Positions 12,951 to 26,535 of a stretch of DNA of 64,000 bases are shown here, piece after piece; position 1 is the first letter of the stretch; every line of letters starts with the position of its first letter. Position numbers and translations under genes: made by a program. Below the pieces are notes generated by a model that saw only the letters and a program-made list of their open reading frames with translations, had not been told where the DNA came from and did no database searches. Source of the stretch: Tubiluchus corallicola (lineage: Eukaryota; Animalia; Priapulida); NCBI GenBank assembly GCA_030141605.1, contig JAQGDQ010000074.1, positions 434,001 through 498,000 on the forward strand, read 5' to 3'.

Positions 12951-15900
12951 AAAACTTTTCACGCCATAAGTTTCTGAACACATGAAAATGTCTTCAGCAA
13001 AACTTCTTCATTTTCGCTGAAACTAGATCTATCCTAGATAAATAATTCTCTTCCTAGCTATTTTATATTGGAACGTCTTACTTTGGTCTCACGAGTATTC
13101 ACTCCAGACTTGTAGGCTGTACATCTTAAGAAAGCCGTTTTCATTTGCATAATGTAGAAAATTAAATAATGTACGACAATTTTCCTCCCAACGCATTTAA
13201 ATTGAAATATACTGCATCATAAAACGACTAATTAAGATTCTAGTACAACCAAACTAATCAAATCTTACAATACCGCATATACGGCATCATAATGCTTCGC
13301 AATTCCGAGAATGGATGTGTTTTGTCCATTTTATAGGCTATTTAACCACAGCAATGTTTTGAGAGGAGCTGCAAAATGTTTTCGAAAGGAAAATGTGTAT
13401 AAACGTTGTGAAGTGAGTGCTTACAAATTGTCGCATTTTTTGGAAACATCGCACTTTTCATAAATTTTCGAAGTTTTCTTTTATAGTCCTTGGTCGTCAG
13501 CTTATTCTTTAACATTCGCTGTCTTTAAATAAGTTACCAAGTAAGATTATCATAAAGATGTGCATTTATGATTCTATTTCTTCAAAAAGTAACAGGCTTA
13601 ATGGACAATGACCATGCCCTATAAGCTAATTTTAAAAGCAGTTATAAAGTAAATTTGAATTGAACTGTATTACCAAAACCTTCCTTTACAATACTTCATT
13701 AGTTCCTTTTCTTGTCTTTCCCTCAACACAGTGGATTATGATTAGGACATGGATTAAGAACCATTGCATTTAAAAACTTTACATTGTTGAAAGATAGTGG
13801 GCTGAGAGACTGCTGGGTGAGGAGTGAAAACTAGTGCAACCTAAATAGTATTTCTAAAAAGGCAGTAAAAGAGGGACACCATTTAATAAGCTAAGAGTCA
13901 TCTAAGCCAAACGGGTATAGATGGAGATACACATAAAATATATTTGGGCATGCGCGTAAATAAAAATACTCAACCTTTGTTCTACTAGTACAAGATCTAT
14001 TAACTAAATTTAATTGGTCAGGTGTAGAAATTCAATCTAAACCTGACCTTGAGAACGGTTAACTGGCTTCCCACGCAGTCCGTAAATAACATAATCTGAC
14101 TTTCATCAATACAACAGCATCCAGACATTGTTTCAAGTTTTTGTCGACCGATGAAGTGCACTGAAACTCCAAACGAAAAAGATAATCGAATTTATCTCTC
14201 GACTCATCTTCAAATTGCGGATTACGAGTCATTTCCAGCTTAATACTGTTAAAATCAGTAAGCTGCTGCAGCACTGTTACACTGTATCCGAGTTTTGCAG
14301 TTTTCGCCAATTTCTAGGGCAAAACGTTAAGGCGTAATTTCTGGTGCACGGTGAACTCATACAAGCTTTGCCATAGCTACACCACCTGGCGACAACACTT
14401 CCATGCTCCCAGGAACTTCCAGTAATTATAAGAAAAAGGAAGACTCGTACACGTACTATCCATAGGAAACATGATTTAAACCAGACTCGTGCAGACTTGA
14501 ACCATTATTTTAAAAAATATACTGATTAAAACTACTAATTGGTCGTAAAAAACATTTGTATAACTTCCTGTTCCTAGATACGTTCTTCTATCCGGTCTGT
14601 AAAATAACGATATCATTTGCAACAAAAAGCAAAAGAAGTTTTAGGTTACTTATGACGGTCAGACGGGTCAGTTACCGCTCTGCTATTAATTTCGAATCAA
14701 TCTTCGGCAACTGTTTTTCCAGCACATTGCTGCATTTTATTCAAACCATGTTATTTCCAGTTCTCAGTGTGCACCATTGGTCATTGGTAACTGCCTCCCC
14801 AGCGTAATCCAGAGTGCATATCTGCCGAAAGTGATATAAATTGTTGCTTATTACAGTCCGTGGAGAGAATAGATATTAGAGCTTTTGCAATAGTTCATAC
14901 AGATGTCTCGCCAGAGGACGCAGACTATGAGTAGATTTATGGACAGTCATATTATAAGCGAGATAAAACGTATGTATCTAAGTGTGTTCTTATTAACGCC
15001 TCCATTATTTAGGTTTTACGGTGTATCATTAATTTATGTTTTTGTAACCATTTAGTGCGAGCAAGCCAAGTTATACTTCTCACACACCACACAATGTGAA
15101 ACTCCAAACAGCAATTTTAGTCTCAAGTATAGAGACAAATTATGAACAAAACAGTTTTTGTCTGAAAATCTAACTCAATCCTAAATGGCAGCGAAGCTGT
15201 TTTACAGAATGCAAAAACCTTAAGTTAATTAATTAATTAATTAGAGGCCATTTGTCTACGTACGTTAGAGATCATTATAGTCGCCGCTGATCATTATATT
15301 ATTCCTGCGACGAGTAAACATGACAATTATCAATTGTAACTATTGCCAGAAATTCAACTAACATGAGGCGCACTGTTCTATGTTACCGTTGACAGGAATG
15401 CGTAATTGACAGGCTACGTTGCCCACTACACGAAGCAATCACATTAGAAACAATGTGCTTGTCAAAGGCTAGCTCAGTAGGTGACACTAACTTTGTTTAT
15501 TGCATATAAAAAGTCAAGAACCAAAACTGTGGCACAGGTTTTTATAAGGTGTAATGTCGTGATGAGCCTTTGGAAAGTTACGTACTACAGCTAATAAAAG
15601 AAACAAGTACATTACGGTGAACTGAATTTAAAAATACTGATATGGGCTACGATATCGGAGAATCAAGATTTTTTCAGAAAGTTACAAAAGTGATTAACTA
15701 CAATTACTGACATTTTAAATATTGGGATAATCGATTAATAAAACTAATAACATGTGAAAAAAATAAATGTTAGTAGTACACAAATGACACTAAATTTGAA
15801 TTGGACAAACATGTATTCTAATATTGTTTTCAAAATCGCACGACATTTTTCATAAAGTATCGCATTTAGTTTCCAGCTTTGATTAACTTGAACAAACTAA

Positions 15901-17757
15901 CAGGACAGGAAACGTCATAATTTTATACGAAATATATCCTATATTTTTAATTCACGTTGAAGTGTGTGCGTGGCGCATGCGAGTTTATACTAAACTGAAC
16001 TAAACTGCGTATTTATACACAGAAAATAGTTCGGGATGTTTTACAAGGCTAACTCAGCGTGCGGCGCGTGTCACAAAATTCATTCAAAAAGTGTTGAAAA
16101 TTTTCTTGGTTAATGAGCTAGTGCTTTCTAAATATTTAATTTCGGCAATCAGCGCATTCGCAAAAACTCTTTAGTCGTGCAATCAGTGCAGTCATTAAAT
16201 TCGCCTGCAATCAACTGTTTCAGTGAGTCGATAGCCTAGTGGCCACAATGTAGACATGACAAGCCGACGAAATGAGACCCGAACAATTTTCACCAACAAT
16301 TTGTTTGGGTTCGTGATGTCTATAATAATAAGACATGCAACAATTTTCCAAACTGCGAACACGATTTCTATTTTGATTGGTAAAATGCCCTATGTGACAT
16401 AACAATTTCTGCGACACTGTTTGTGTGGTCAACACGTTTATTCGCTTTCGGTCGGTTAATGTTTTGTGAGTTATTCGACACAGATGAAATTAAGCGTAAA
16501 ATTGAGCGATTTTCGGTCAGTCATTGCCCTCTGCGTCATTGTAACATGAAGGTTAGTAGTGCCAAGTCATTCATTATTTGGACTGATTGAGTAACACATA
16601 GACGTTAATTTCAGTTCACGAACTATTGTGTCTTCATGAAATAGTTCATTTTCAAGCTATTCTGCAGACAATGTAAGTCTTAAGTAACAACAGAAAGGTA
16701 AAACTTGCAGTTTTAGTTATCATGAAGAATGAATGGAAGACAACATTTGAAGATGGTCTACTGCAACGTGATATGCAACGCTGTGATCGTATTATTTCTG
16801 ATTGTCGAGCACAGACAGAGCCTGGTAGTCAGTAGTAAAGCATACCAAACACCACTAAGTTCATGATAGTCTGATACGTATGTGGTCATTTGCCTTCTAT
16901 GATTTTTCATGTACTCCAATCTGTGACACTATATGTCAGTAAGGTATTGACAATATTTTTCCGGTTTTGAATGAGAGGTGAAACCAAAAAGACGGGAAGG
17001 GTAATGGAGGACAGCGGAAAAAAACAAAGAGAGAAAAACGAGAAAGGGAGCGAGAGAGACAGAGAGAGTGGGAGGAGGAGAGATAATATAGTAAAAAGAG
17101 AGAAAGAGAATGAGAGAATGTGACACGGGGGGAGGGAGAGTCTACGGATAGATACCCACAGGGTACCTTTGTTTGCCGATAAAACTATTTAAATCCTACG
17201 AAAACAAGGTAAAACTACAATACACATGAGAAATGTATGCTGCGTACAATCACATACACTCATATGCAATAATAATCTTCACTTACGTCCTATTGAACTA
17301 TGACTATCTACTGATCTAGTATTAATTGTTTGTAATTTTTAATAAAGATATAATTTCATTAAAAAGGTTGCTTATTTTACCTGACCGAGAGTGCAAAACT
17401 CCCTATCTATGCAATGCTTTAGTTAACATAACATACTTTTCCTACTTTCGCCATCTGTCGTTGTGTTGCATATTGTGCAAATTATTTGATTAATATATCA
17501 AGCGAACATTGCCTGGCTCATTATCAAGGGTATACCTGTATACCTTTAACATGAGCCCACAGAACCAAGAGCGAGTATCGAATCCATGGCAGCCGCTCGC
17601 ATATCAGCTCAGCTCTGAACATTACAATTTTAAGCCCAATTACAGCTTGCAACTGTGACGAGGCTTCTGTTTCTGTCGGTATATTGGAAATGTCATTCTG
17701 GAGTTTTCTATTACATTACGTAAAACTGAATGTTGTTGTTCATCATGTTTTTTGTAG

Positions 17758-17873
17758 CGTGTAAGCAAGTCAGTTCAGGCAGTGGACTTGCTGCCATGTT
17801 TGGACCACAAGACAGCTTGCTGGCGTCTCATATGCAATCTATCTGTGATGCTCTAGAAATCCCTCACGTCGAG
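17758..17873 (+). CDS. iGluR gene 1 ATD exon (ACKQVSSG..AAMFGPQ...ICDALEIPHVE)
   Basis: ttttgtag acceptor, gtaaaa donor. Carries the conserved FGP and SICDALEIPH motifs, in frame with the previous exon. Confidence 0.93.
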
Positions 17874-19234
17874 GTAAAACAACTAATACAATTTTCTCAG
17901 TTTCTACAAATACAGTACTTCTGACATCATCATTTGATTTTAGCAAGAAAATATTGAGAAACTGAAAAAAATGAAACGGAATGAATTATTTAGAAAGTTA
18001 CAAGTATACATAAAAATGATCTTCAAATCATTTTTGTTTTATCATTTATCTCAGCTGTGGGCTTAAAACAGCCCACAAAGTCGTAAAAGCTCTATTATAT
18101 GGTTACCAAGGCTGTATGCAGAAAAAAGAGAAAAAAGACTAACTAGATCAAATCCGCCAAAGATACAGGACTTGTCGCGCCAGCAGTTAATTCATCTGTG
18201 TTTGAAGGAACTAAAATCATTCCTGCGTTATGGTCCTAATTTAATTTTGTTACTTATCTAGCTACTCAAATTTCCTGCATAGCTAGTAAGCATATGTGTC
18301 GTCGGAATCTACCCTGTAAGGTATTTTTATTGATTTATGTCTCTTTCAAGAAACTTATCTAATCTTGTAGCTTTAAATTCTTAAGGCTTATATACAGTGT
18401 GGGGATCTTAATCTGATAATGTTTAGGGGATGTTAATCTGATAATTTTAGAACGCAGAAAACTACAGTAAAATTTACCAGTTTGTTCATTAACTGATCTA
18501 ATGTTGTTTAAGACAAATAAAACTTTATTGACATAACTTTTATAATTGGTCTGAGACGACAATGTATTTCAGACTATCTTACTGCTTGGGCGTCAATTTT
18601 GTAACATGTCAGAAATTGTTTTTCTAAACGGCTTCGCAATACTTAAGGATGAAACCAAGCAATCAATTGTAGGCTTATAAGACCTAATAAACATTACTGT
18701 TGCTTACTTGCTCTTAGACTAACAACAACTTTTTCTAACGATGAACTAAAAAACTATGAGTATATCACCAGTAATGAGAAAGTAAAGTGACATCAAAGGA
18801 AGGAATTATTTGTGTTTAGGCAGTGTTCAGGCAGTGGAGTTATGGCAGAATAATTAGGAAATATAAGTTTTCCGTGATGTATATTTTCATCATCAAAACT
18901 GAGTTGTCTACTCTAGCGAAGGGGTGCCATCGCCGCCCGAGCAGGGCAGACACGTGGTACTAACGGCGGCCTATTTTACTACAACCCTATTTTATTCCTT
19001 CTATTTCGCGGTACACAATCTAGTTACTAAAATGAGTGACTAGATTGCAACCGATTGTACACTTTATACTAATTCGTTGTGATCAGCAAAATTGAATGGG
19101 AACACATGCATTATTTTTTATTTTGGAAACCATTATAAAATTCAAAAGAAATGTCATAAAAGTGTGTATATTCTTCATGCAGGGTTAAAAATGTGGCCTA
19201 CTATTTTCGCGCATACTTTCCAGGCGTTTGCAAA

Positions 19235-19800
19235 CCCTGTACCCACAACCAAGCACAATCTACCTTGATACCCAAGACTTCAGCAACAGCTATTTCAATG
19301 CCAAAGGCCTCAGCAGCAGGTTCCTCAATACCCAAAATCTCAACCTCAACACTAGCTACCTCAATGCCAAAAACCTCAATATCCACCATCTCAGCACCAC
19401 TTACTTCAGTACCAACAACCTCAGCAGCAGTTGTCACATTACGGGCATTTTCAGCACCAGCTGCTGAGTACTCAAACTTCAACACCAGCTTCATCAGAAC
19501 CTACAACCTCGGTTCCAGATCAGTGCCCACAACATCAGCACCAGATAACTCAGTATCCACAACCTCAGCACCAGCTGACTCAGTGTCCACAACGTCAGCA
19601 CCAACTACATCTCAAGACTGCAACCTCAGTACCAATTACCTCTGTATCCACAACCTCAGCGCCAAATTTATCAGCACTCACAACCTCGGTACCAGCGTCT
19701 GAGAAGGCAAAATCTCGTCACCAGCTATATTTCAGTGCCTACAACATCAGCATCAGCTGCGTCAGTACCTGCAACCTCAGCACCTACAACCTCTGCTTCC
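19235..19800. repeat. Degenerate 15-bp-unit minisatellite (caacctcagcaccag-like)
   Basis: Recurring cacaacctcagcacca/cacaacatcagcacca units at 15/30-nt spacing. Confidence 0.8.
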
Positions 19801-20027
19801 CGGTATCCCAGTATCAACAATTTAAACACTTTCTTACTTGCACCTGAACTTGCTCGTTCGTTCATATGATGCCTTATAGATATACGTTTTATTGCTATAA
19901 GTATATTTTGATTGTAAAGAGTCAGTTTCGTTGATGGCTGTGAAAAACATTGCTATCATGTATCATAATTCTCAAACCAATATAATGATGAATGCCTGTA
20001 CAACTCTACATTAATAAATTATTACAG

Positions 20028-20178
20028 GTTAGGTGGCAGTACACTAGTGAATTACAAGAAGGAGAAAGATTATCTGTGAATTTATTTCCTGAATACACTG
20101 CGTACAGCCGCGCTTTCCTTGATCTTGTCCAGAAACAAAACTGGACGTCTATTGTGATAATTTATGAAGACAACACAA
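20028..20178 (+). CDS. iGluR gene 1 ATD exon (VRWQ...SVNLFPE...W...IIYED)
   Basis: attacag acceptor, gtaagt donor. Motifs NL(F/Y)P and W....IIYE. Confidence 0.9.
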
Positions 20179-20523
20179 GTAAGTGTTAATTTAAGCAACC
20201 TCGATTCGGTAGACCAGTAAGCAACTCTTTTCGTAATTTCTCTAAAAAAACAAATACCTTCTTTGAGATATTACATTATATTGAGGAAATTCCTTTCTTT
20301 CACTTTATACAATGATACTGCTCGTTTTCACACTTTTTAATGTTAATGTTAATATTGAATAGTGTTGAAACAGAAAAGTACTTGAGAAGAATGACCAAAA
20401 GACCAAAATTTTGTGATTCCTATCTACGTGTAATAATGAAAGCACCAATTATAAGTAAAAATGGTTTCGTCGTTTCGAATTTGTCGTTAGACTTTTACGA
20501 AAAATATTATTTTCTTTTTTCAG

Positions 20524-20699
20524 GCTTAATAAAGCTGCAAAATGTTATAAAAGAGCCGTTATCCACGCAATTGGAGCTCTATGTCAGGCAAATGAATGGC
20601 ACAAACCACCGACAAATAATGCGATATATAAAGAAAATCCGCAGATTCCATATTATTGTAGACTGCAGTCCCGAGCACACCATGTTAATAATGAAAGCG
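20524..20699 (+). CDS. iGluR gene 1 ATD exon (SLIKLQNVIK...HIIVDCS...MKA)
   Basis: ttttttcag acceptor, gtaaaa donor. Motifs LIKLQ and IIVDC. Confidence 0.9.
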
Positions 20700-22135
20700 G
20701 TAAAATAATTGAAACATTGGAAAGTGATTCATATATAATTTAGTAAAGTTTTAAGTAATTTAGTAAAGTTAGTACAGTTGCATTTAATAAAAAGTGAGCC
20801 AGGGATAACATCATAATGTCGTGAGTGTAGATGATGGATTAAAAGTAGCATATTAATTAAAGAACTCACTCCAGAAATATTCATTCTCCAAAAAGAATTA
20901 TTCCAAAAACACTCAGTGAGCGCTGTAAAACATTATCAGCCACTGATAAAACTGTAGAATGCTTTACAAAAAGATAAGCATTCAGTACAACAGACACCTT
21001 TTTGGCACTGGAATTTTAACTTCGGAACTGCTGCTTCCCTCTGTACATCAGGGGCTGGTTTCCAAATATGCTCTGTTAGTCAGACTAAATGTCACTTTTT
21101 CAGTCGATTGACAGCCTTCACGTGATGTATGTTACCGTGATGTTATGTTTGAGATTACGCCTATTTGTTACCCACATCATTTTAAGAAGCTCAAGTCCCT
21201 AGAGCTTCTATTTAATTCCCTAATGGGACGGGCTCTAATTGTGCACTAAACTCACCCCCAGTGCTCTTCCATAGTACAGGCTTCAGTGCCTTTTAGTTTG
21301 CTTCACTTTTAATAATTTACAGCATACTGTAATATAGCAATTATTGTGCTTGGTCTCAATGACCTTGGTTCATAATTTTGAATAAACCCTTTATCAGTAC
21401 CTATACGATCTCACACTTTCTTAAATAAAAGCATTATGCAAATAACGATTTGCATATCTTTTTATAGTTTTATTATATGTGTTAAATATAGAAATTTTTG
21501 TAGGGAAGCAATTGAACATTAAACTTTGGGAGTTTTAAACGATTTGGAACTTGCTCGCCTGCATCTGTGTAACTCTAGTAACATCTCAGTTATCTTATTA
21601 ATTCTCAAACACAATAATTCTTCGCAGGCAACCCACCCTACATAATACCCAGTTAATACACAGCTTAATATAGGGGACATGTATTAATTAAACGCAATTA
21701 CAACGTAACATATTTAATGATTAATATAGTGACGTGACATTTTTACTTCGAATCCGCTTTCTATACTTTCCTTTTTTATCCTTTACATTTCCCCATTTTT
21801 CTCTTTATTTTGAAGACGCCAACTGCATAATAACGCAAAATATTCATTGTTTTCAGTTTTGTATAAAACAGCAAATTTACAACAAATTTGGTCGCTTGGT
21901 AATTTTTCAAAGTTGGCTTCTAGGACTCTAACATATTCAAAGTGAAGGTTACGGGATTACTTGTCAGATTTGATTGCCTTTATAGCCAAGTATAAGAGCC
22001 AAGTATAAGAGAGTTTTTCTCAACTTTAACATATATTCTAGTCGGAACTAAAACTTGAACTAAAAGGTAATACATAAAATTAAACCGGCAATTGAAACTA
22101 AATGGTTGATAAAAATGCAATTATTTTTACTTTAG

Positions 22136-22189
22136 GCTCTACAGCTGGAAATGCTCAACAGTGCTTACCATTATTTAATAACGAGCTTG
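22136..22189 (+). CDS. iGluR gene 1 ATD exon (ALQLEMLNSAYHYLITSL)
   Basis: ttttactttag acceptor, gtaagt donor. 54 nt, homologous to the 54-nt exon of the minus-strand gene. Absent from the ORF track. Confidence 0.9.
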
Positions 22190-22736
22190 GTAAGTGGCGC
22201 CAATAATTACAATTAATTAATGTTGTTGACAAAATTTAAAAAATCGTTGAAAGTTGCCTTCAACAAGCACCCTAAATATGGATTTTATACGTTATAAGTT
22301 CGAGGTAAAATTTCTTCAATGGAAGCAAAGTGTCATCCTTCAAGCAAACTTCCGAAGTTTGCAAGATTGTTCAGGAGCAAAATGTTTTCGCGGATGCTCT
22401 TCCACGTTTTAGTTGCCTCTGGAAAACTAGATCATTAACATATATTTAATTGGGTTTTTCAGTATACATGACCTCGATAGATGCCTAAATCTTGCTTCCA
22501 TAGCCTTTAGCGAATGAAGAAGTGCTACCTCAAATTCTTTAAAGAAACGTTTATTAACTTATAAAGGCTAAAAATGCAAACCTTTCTTTGAAATATAAAT
22601 CCATTTATCCAACTCAAATATCTGTAGTATCATATTATACAAAAATACTTAATCGTGTAAAACACTTATCGTGTAAAACAAACATGTAAACATTTTTATG
22701 AACTTGCGTTCAAAATGATTTGAAATAAATATTTAG

Positions 22737-22886
22737 GATATAGAAATGTACGACTGGAAAGATTATAAATACAATGGCGTCAATCTGACAGCCTATAGAA
22801 TCATTGACTATGAAGATCCTGATGTGAAAAGTATTCTGAAGGCCATGCAAGGTCGCGGTATTTTAGACAAAAACGGAATGATACGG
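22737..22886 (+). CDS. iGluR gene 1 ATD exon (DIEMYDWKDYKYNGVNLTAYRIID...MIR)
   Basis: atttag acceptor, gtaatt donor. Y.GVN(L/I)T motif; 150 nt, phase 0. Absent from the ORF track. Confidence 0.9.
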
Positions 22887-23725
22887 GTAATTCACGTGTT
22901 TATTTGTTTAATTTAATAATGTGTAGTCTTATGAATAGTTTTCGTTACTGATTAATAAAACGGAATAAAATTTCTTATACTTTTAGTAACTTGTCGGTTG
23001 CATGTACTTCTTTAAAAAATATAATCAAAGAATGGATGATGCCATACATGTAGTTTCTTATACTGTTGCAGTACGCAGTAAATGATTAGTCACTGTCTGT
23101 CACCTACCAATTTAGTCTCGCTTATATAAAATGGATAATTTAACCAGAGTAATGTGTAACGATTCTCTTGTTTTCCCCGAACCTACTTTCACAAATCGCC
23201 GTCTTTTAAACTTTCTGATTTATTCCTTAACTTAATTTGCACGTTGTGATGAGTATTTGCTGTTTCGCTAAAAGCCGACTGATGGAAATCTTCCACTTCC
23301 TGCACAGAATACTTTTTTGCATAACCGCTAGGCGATTTGTGCCAAATGATGTACATCTAATACAAAAATATTCCCACTTAACTCCCAATGCTAGTCTACA
23401 AGATTTCCGATATTTTAGTATACTGCGCGGTGGGACATCCATTTAGCAGTGGTTTAGTCAGTTGACAGCAAAGATAGACGATAGAAGTGATACATAGAAT
23501 AACAGATGGAAAGAAAGAATTGATTGTCTGAGGAGCAACAAGACTTTGAAACAGGATCTTGTGTATTTCCTAACTTGTACATAAATTTAAAAGCTGTGTT
23601 GCATGGAAAATAACTTCTCCTTGCTTGGCAGCTTCCTTCGTTAATCTGCTAGGTGACCGGCTGGTCCCTCGATTACCTTATTCATTTGAAAGAAACGACT
23701 TGATTTTTATTATTTTTCACTGTAG

Positions 23726-23878
23726 GCAGAAGACGCCATGATGTATGATGCTGTTCACATTCTGGCAGTAGGGTTGCAGGGGCTGCTAAGTAATGGAAGC
23801 CTAGATACACGCGCCATATCCTGTGACGGTGGCGACGCCTGGATGCAAGGCAGCAGCCTTTTCAACTACATAAACTCG
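23726..23878 (+). CDS. iGluR gene 1 ATD exon (AEDAMMYDAVH...SC...W..GSSLFNYINS)
   Basis: tttttcactgtag acceptor, gtaata donor. YDAV motif; 153 nt like its paralogous exon. Confidence 0.92.
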
Positions 23879-24036
23879 GTAATAATTACCAAATGCAGTA
23901 TTATTTGTGCCGCGATTAATAGGCGAAAGGCTGGCCCATTTGTTATTTTATTGCAAGATGTTAAGAACTGACCATGTTCAACAGAGGAACCTATGTTAAC
24001 AAGTAGTTAATCATGACTGTAATTTTTCTCATGCAG

Positions 24037-24141
24037 ATAAGAGACTGGAAAGGCCTCACCGGCAAAATAGCGTTAACTGATGGCAAACGAACACGGTTTC
24101 AGATGGAAGTCCTTGCTCTTTATGAAGTCGGTCTTAAAAAG
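24037..24141 (+). CDS. iGluR gene 1 ATD exon (IRDWKGLTGKIALTDGKRTRF...GLKK)
   Basis: tttttctcatgcag acceptor, gtagct donor. GLTG.I....G.R..F motif; 105 nt. Confidence 0.9.
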
Positions 24142-24199
24142 GTAGCTTTCATCTAAAATGTCCTCCATATCTTTTTCAATCTTTTGTTACTTAGCTGAC

Positions 24200-24268
24200 C
24201 AAACTTGACCGAAATTCATGGCGTTGGACTTGTAGTCCAAAGGTCCTTGGCCCAAATTCAGCCTCATA
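24200..24268 (+). pseudogene. Degenerate tRNA-like sequence (tRNA pseudogene or SINE head)
   Basis: Perfect anticodon-like arm TTGGA-CTTGTAG-TCCAA followed by AGGTC. The A-box (ttgaccga) and T-arm (ggcccaaat) are decayed. Confidence 0.45.
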
Positions 24269-25044
24269 GCTTGAAATCTTTGCATTGAAATTTTCAGTTT
24301 GACATTTCGCATTTTATTTCTTTCTGTCAAGTTTAGTTTCAAAAATTCAGTAACACTCTGTTCATTCACCCATAAACCAGTATTGAAATCAAACATATAA
24401 ATAATTAACTGATTGGCTTAATAGGTCTCTAAATAAGCAATTTGCATGATTGGTAAAACACAAAATTGTTAAGATAACATCTCTATCTGAGAAAGTGTGG
24501 CTGTGTCGTGCCAATTACCTGAACCAACTTTTCACATCTTTAGCCACAGTCTCCTATTCAAAATATGCCTTAAATTTTAGGCGTACTACTCGATATTATG
24601 CCTTGACTTTCTTTTGTTGTGCATGTGTTACATCCACTCAAGCATCAATACAGGGATTATTCCAAAAATTTCACATTTACATACATTTAGGTTGTTAGAT
24701 CACCATTTTCTTGACATGCCTTTGATAAATTACCCTTTTCGTTATTGATTGCGATCATGTAGCAACTTCTTGGCGTCCGTTCATTTTCCCTTCCCACAAT
24801 TCCGACGCAGATAAATAAACAAGATGAGATACTGTATATTAGGGCTCATATACATCCATTATCATCAAAGTACACCAAAAGCTATTAAAGAAGATCATGA
24901 ACATTATGTGCGACTTCCAGGGGCGAATACTGCCTACTCTTCAAAACAATGGTCAACATATTCTGTGTTTTAAAATGATTTTTAAAAATCCCTTAACCTA
25001 ACCGACATGTTTTTCATCTCGTCAAAAAACGCTAATAAACAATA

Positions 25045-25185
25045 CATATAAATGACTCAAGAGATGTAGATTGTATTTAATAAAACGTAATATTTCGTTA
25101 TAAACATCTTATGATGATAATAGTTATAAGAGACGAAATATCGTGTTTTCAAATATAAATCTACATCTCTTGTGACGTTTATATG
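25045..25185. mobile_element. About 140-bp foldback / MITE-like element
   Basis: caagagatgtagatt (25058-25072) is the exact reverse complement of 25158-25172. The inner atatttcgt/acgaaatat and outer catataaa/tttatatg also pair. Confidence 0.65.
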
Positions 25186-25620
25186 CATTTCTAGTAAACC
25201 CTAAATCTATATAAATTACGATCTTTTTTATTAATTTCTAGTATAAAATACATATACCAGCGAAGCTGGGAATGTGGACATTTATTACCCTTTGCCGAAT
25301 CTTTCTGCTCAACGTGCTTGTTTTAACGGATTCACTTTGTTTGATATTAGATTCTTGGTAAATTTATTTATAAGGACAAAATGGTGCTTTAGGTTTGTTA
25401 TACCGGCTAGAATAAAAGTCGTATAGTTGGTTAACCCAAAGCAAGAGGAAGCATACGTCATAATCTAAGTTTCTCAAGGCTGTTATTCTCAGAAAGAATC
25501 TAGCAACGCTTATCACTATTTTAAAGGCAGTCAGTATATCACCCTAAAGCTAGTATCCTATTTGTATAGTATCCTATAAAAATAAAACGATAACTTTTGC
25601 CCCTCTTATCTTTATTTCAG

Positions 25621-25725
25621 GTTGGGCGTTATAACTCTTCGACTGGGCTAACTTTAGCATTTTTTGACATAACTTCGGATAAAAAAATTTTCACCAACAC
25701 TACTCTGAAAGTCACCACTATTCTG
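25621..25725 (+). CDS. iGluR gene 1 last shared exon, ATD-S1 linker (VGRYNSSTG...NTTLKVTTIL)
   Basis: tctttatttcag acceptor, gtaggt donor (phase 0). N.TL.VTTIL is the start of S1. Confidence 0.92.
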
Positions 25726-26380
25726 GTAGGTGTTGTAGCACAAGGTAAAATAGATGTTTCAGCACAGGTAGATTTCTCACATGCTAACAGCTACAGCTTT
25801 TTAAAGAGACGCAAAATATAAACGTTCTTTTAATTTTTGCCGAGATTGTCATAATCACGGGCTTCCACACACACTAAGATTGTCAATGTTAGAATAGTTT
25901 AGTCACACAAGTTACCTGTCCAGTTATGTACAGTGTACGCCATGCACGTGGAAAATTTGTCATAATTTGTGAATTTGTAATTATTATAATTATTTATAAC
26001 ATTTAAAACTGCACATGGCTGGATTATGATTTGAATGTTAATTTAGAAAATATTGATTATTAAAATTATAAAAAAATTGGGTCAACAATTCTGAAGTAAA
26101 TTGACGTCTTGTTTCTGGTTTTAATTTCTCTTTGTTTGTATTACTGAGCTTCGCAGCTGCTTTTCATTATTTTGGGGATTTGCTTGGATCGTATGTTGCT
26201 TTTGTCGTTTCACCATGTTGAATTATTTTTGCTCTTTGTTGTTTTATGTATAATGATCTCTGAAATAAATTTCTAGTCAGGATCAGCACGAGAACAGGTT
26301 GAGAAGAAACGGAAAGGAAAAAAATATCTTCGAATTACCACCATAATAGTATGTTCTTGTGTTTACAGTTTTCTGTGTGA

Positions 26381-26535
26381 GCATGCACACTAACTGCGGA
26401 CGGGTGGAGAGGCTGCATTAACATGGAAGCGTGTTGTTAGATTTTTAAACTAATCAAAAAACTTGTTGCATTAACTAACACAGGTACTTGCTAATTGCTG
26501 CAGATACTAACTGCATGTCGTCTTGTTTCTTACAG
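26381..26535 (+). promoter_or_regulatory. Candidate intronic splicing-regulatory cluster and cryptic 3' splice site
   Basis: ACTAAY at 26389, 26449, 26474 and 26506 (TACTAAC), GCATG at 26381, TGCATG at 26512, then a pyrimidine tract and CAG at 26533-26535. Confidence 0.5.

Noticed and set aside
24200-24268. Functional tRNA-Thr(TGT)
   Set aside because: The T-loop lacks TTC, and the D-arm and acceptor stem do not pair. Kept only as a decayed tRNA-like remnant.
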